Positions 63,666 through 64,000 of a stretch of 64,000 bases of DNA are shown piece after piece. Origin of the DNA: an uncultured Clostridia bacterium. GTDB lineage: Bacteria; Bacillota; Clostridia; Oscillospirales; CAG-272. Below the pieces are notes generated by a model, which saw nothing but the letters and a program-made list of their open reading frames with translations, was not told where the DNA came from and did no database searches. Within the stretch, counting starts at the first letter, position 1; every line of letters starts with the position of its first letter. The translations under genes were made by a program, and so were the position numbers. The DNA is taken from assembly GCA_947302045.1 (NCBI GenBank), contig CAMYUQ010000001.1, forward strand, positions 6,035-70,034, in the 5' to 3' direction.

Positions 63666-64000
63666 ATGGCAACCAAAAGAACTTATCGCCCGCGTAAGGT
63701 GAAAAAGCAATTATCTTTGAAAGAAAGATTGCGTAGATCGCAAGTAGCGCATGATCGGCTTGCTTCGAAGTATCAAAAGCAATATTTGCAGAAAGATAAT
63801 GACCCTATTGCACATACGAAGGCAACCTATCACAATGCAGTTTTTGTTCATCAGGATGAACAAAATAGGATTTTGAATTCGGAAGAAAAACGACATGTGT
63901 TCCAGCGTGCAAAGTCTGCCTTCATAACAAAGAAGCCGTCAAAACGCTCGCCGAATAAAGACGGTTATTCCAAGATGATCCGCGACATGGAAGATCGCAA
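63666..64000 (+). CDS. Hypothetical basic protein, N-terminal 111 codons (continues beyond window end)
   Basis: ATG 63666 after AAAGGAGAAAAAAAACA. MATKRTYRPRKVKKQLSLKERLRRSQVAHDRLASKYQKQYLQKDNDPIAHTKATYHNAVFVHQDEQNRILN..KDGYSKMIRDMEDR... No stop before 64000. Confidence 0.6.
   Translation, partial: MATKRTYRPRKVKKQLSLKERLRRSQVAHDRLASKYQKQYLQKDNDPIAHTKATYHNAVFVHQDEQNRILNSEEKRHVFQRAKSAFITKKPSKRSPNKDGYSKMIRDMEDR

Larger units (their letters stand above)
57300..64000 (+). mobile_element. AT-richer block of nine co-directional unknown genes (candidate horizontally acquired module; right boundary beyond the window)
   Basis: All ORFs are on the + strand and tightly packed. Hand-counted 100-nt samples give 46 (61501-61600) and 36 (62101-62200) G+C versus 59 in dnaE. 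No recognisable families. No integrase or att site is visible inside the window. Confidence 0.35.

Overview
This is a 64-kb chromosomal segment of a moderately GC-rich Firmicutes/Clostridia-type bacterium. Supporting signs are T-box leaders on valS and thrS, whiA, hprK, DnaE-type Pol III, and many perfect TTGACA-N17-TATAAT promoters. I call about 54 protein-coding ORFs, 4 tRNAs (Met-CAT, Glu-TTC, Arg-ACG, Thr-GGT), 2 T-box leaders, 2 decayed gene fragments, and numerous promoters and terminators. Left to right: (1) 1-9.5 kb is a nitrogen-assimilation supercluster. It holds amt and type III GS on the minus strand, and divergently a five-gene disaggregated glutamate synthase, a short GS-I and an ANTAR regulator, with an attenuator-rich divergent control region. 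(2) 9.5-18.5 kb is housekeeping (cyclase, dnaE, whiA, murB, valS). dnaE carries one in-frame TAG. (3) 18.5-22.6 kb is a variable tRNA-linked patch: two XRE-HTH plus helical-repeat regulators, an AT-rich islet with a duplicated terminator-promoter module, a serine-recombinase C-terminal remnant and a dense hairpin array. (4) 22.6-57.2 kb is mostly ordinary. It contains YfcC, a VTT-PlsC fusion, rrf2-nifS-nifU, mgtC, tRNA-Arg, a small accessory operon, thrS, mgsA, ispE, two AI-2E permeases, htpG, pgm, mgtE, a large lipoprotein, a glf/DUF4422/GT8 galactofuranose glycan cluster, a BspA-type LRR protein, flotillin and hprK. (5) 57.3-64 kb is the best candidate for something undescribed. It is an AT-richer, single-strand block of nine genes with no family I can recognise. 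Membrane-anchored proteins, including an 821-aa type I membrane protein, alternate with small very basic proteins, and there are two candidate antisense small RNAs. It runs off the window end. All functional calls come from reading the translations and motifs by eye; no database search was run.
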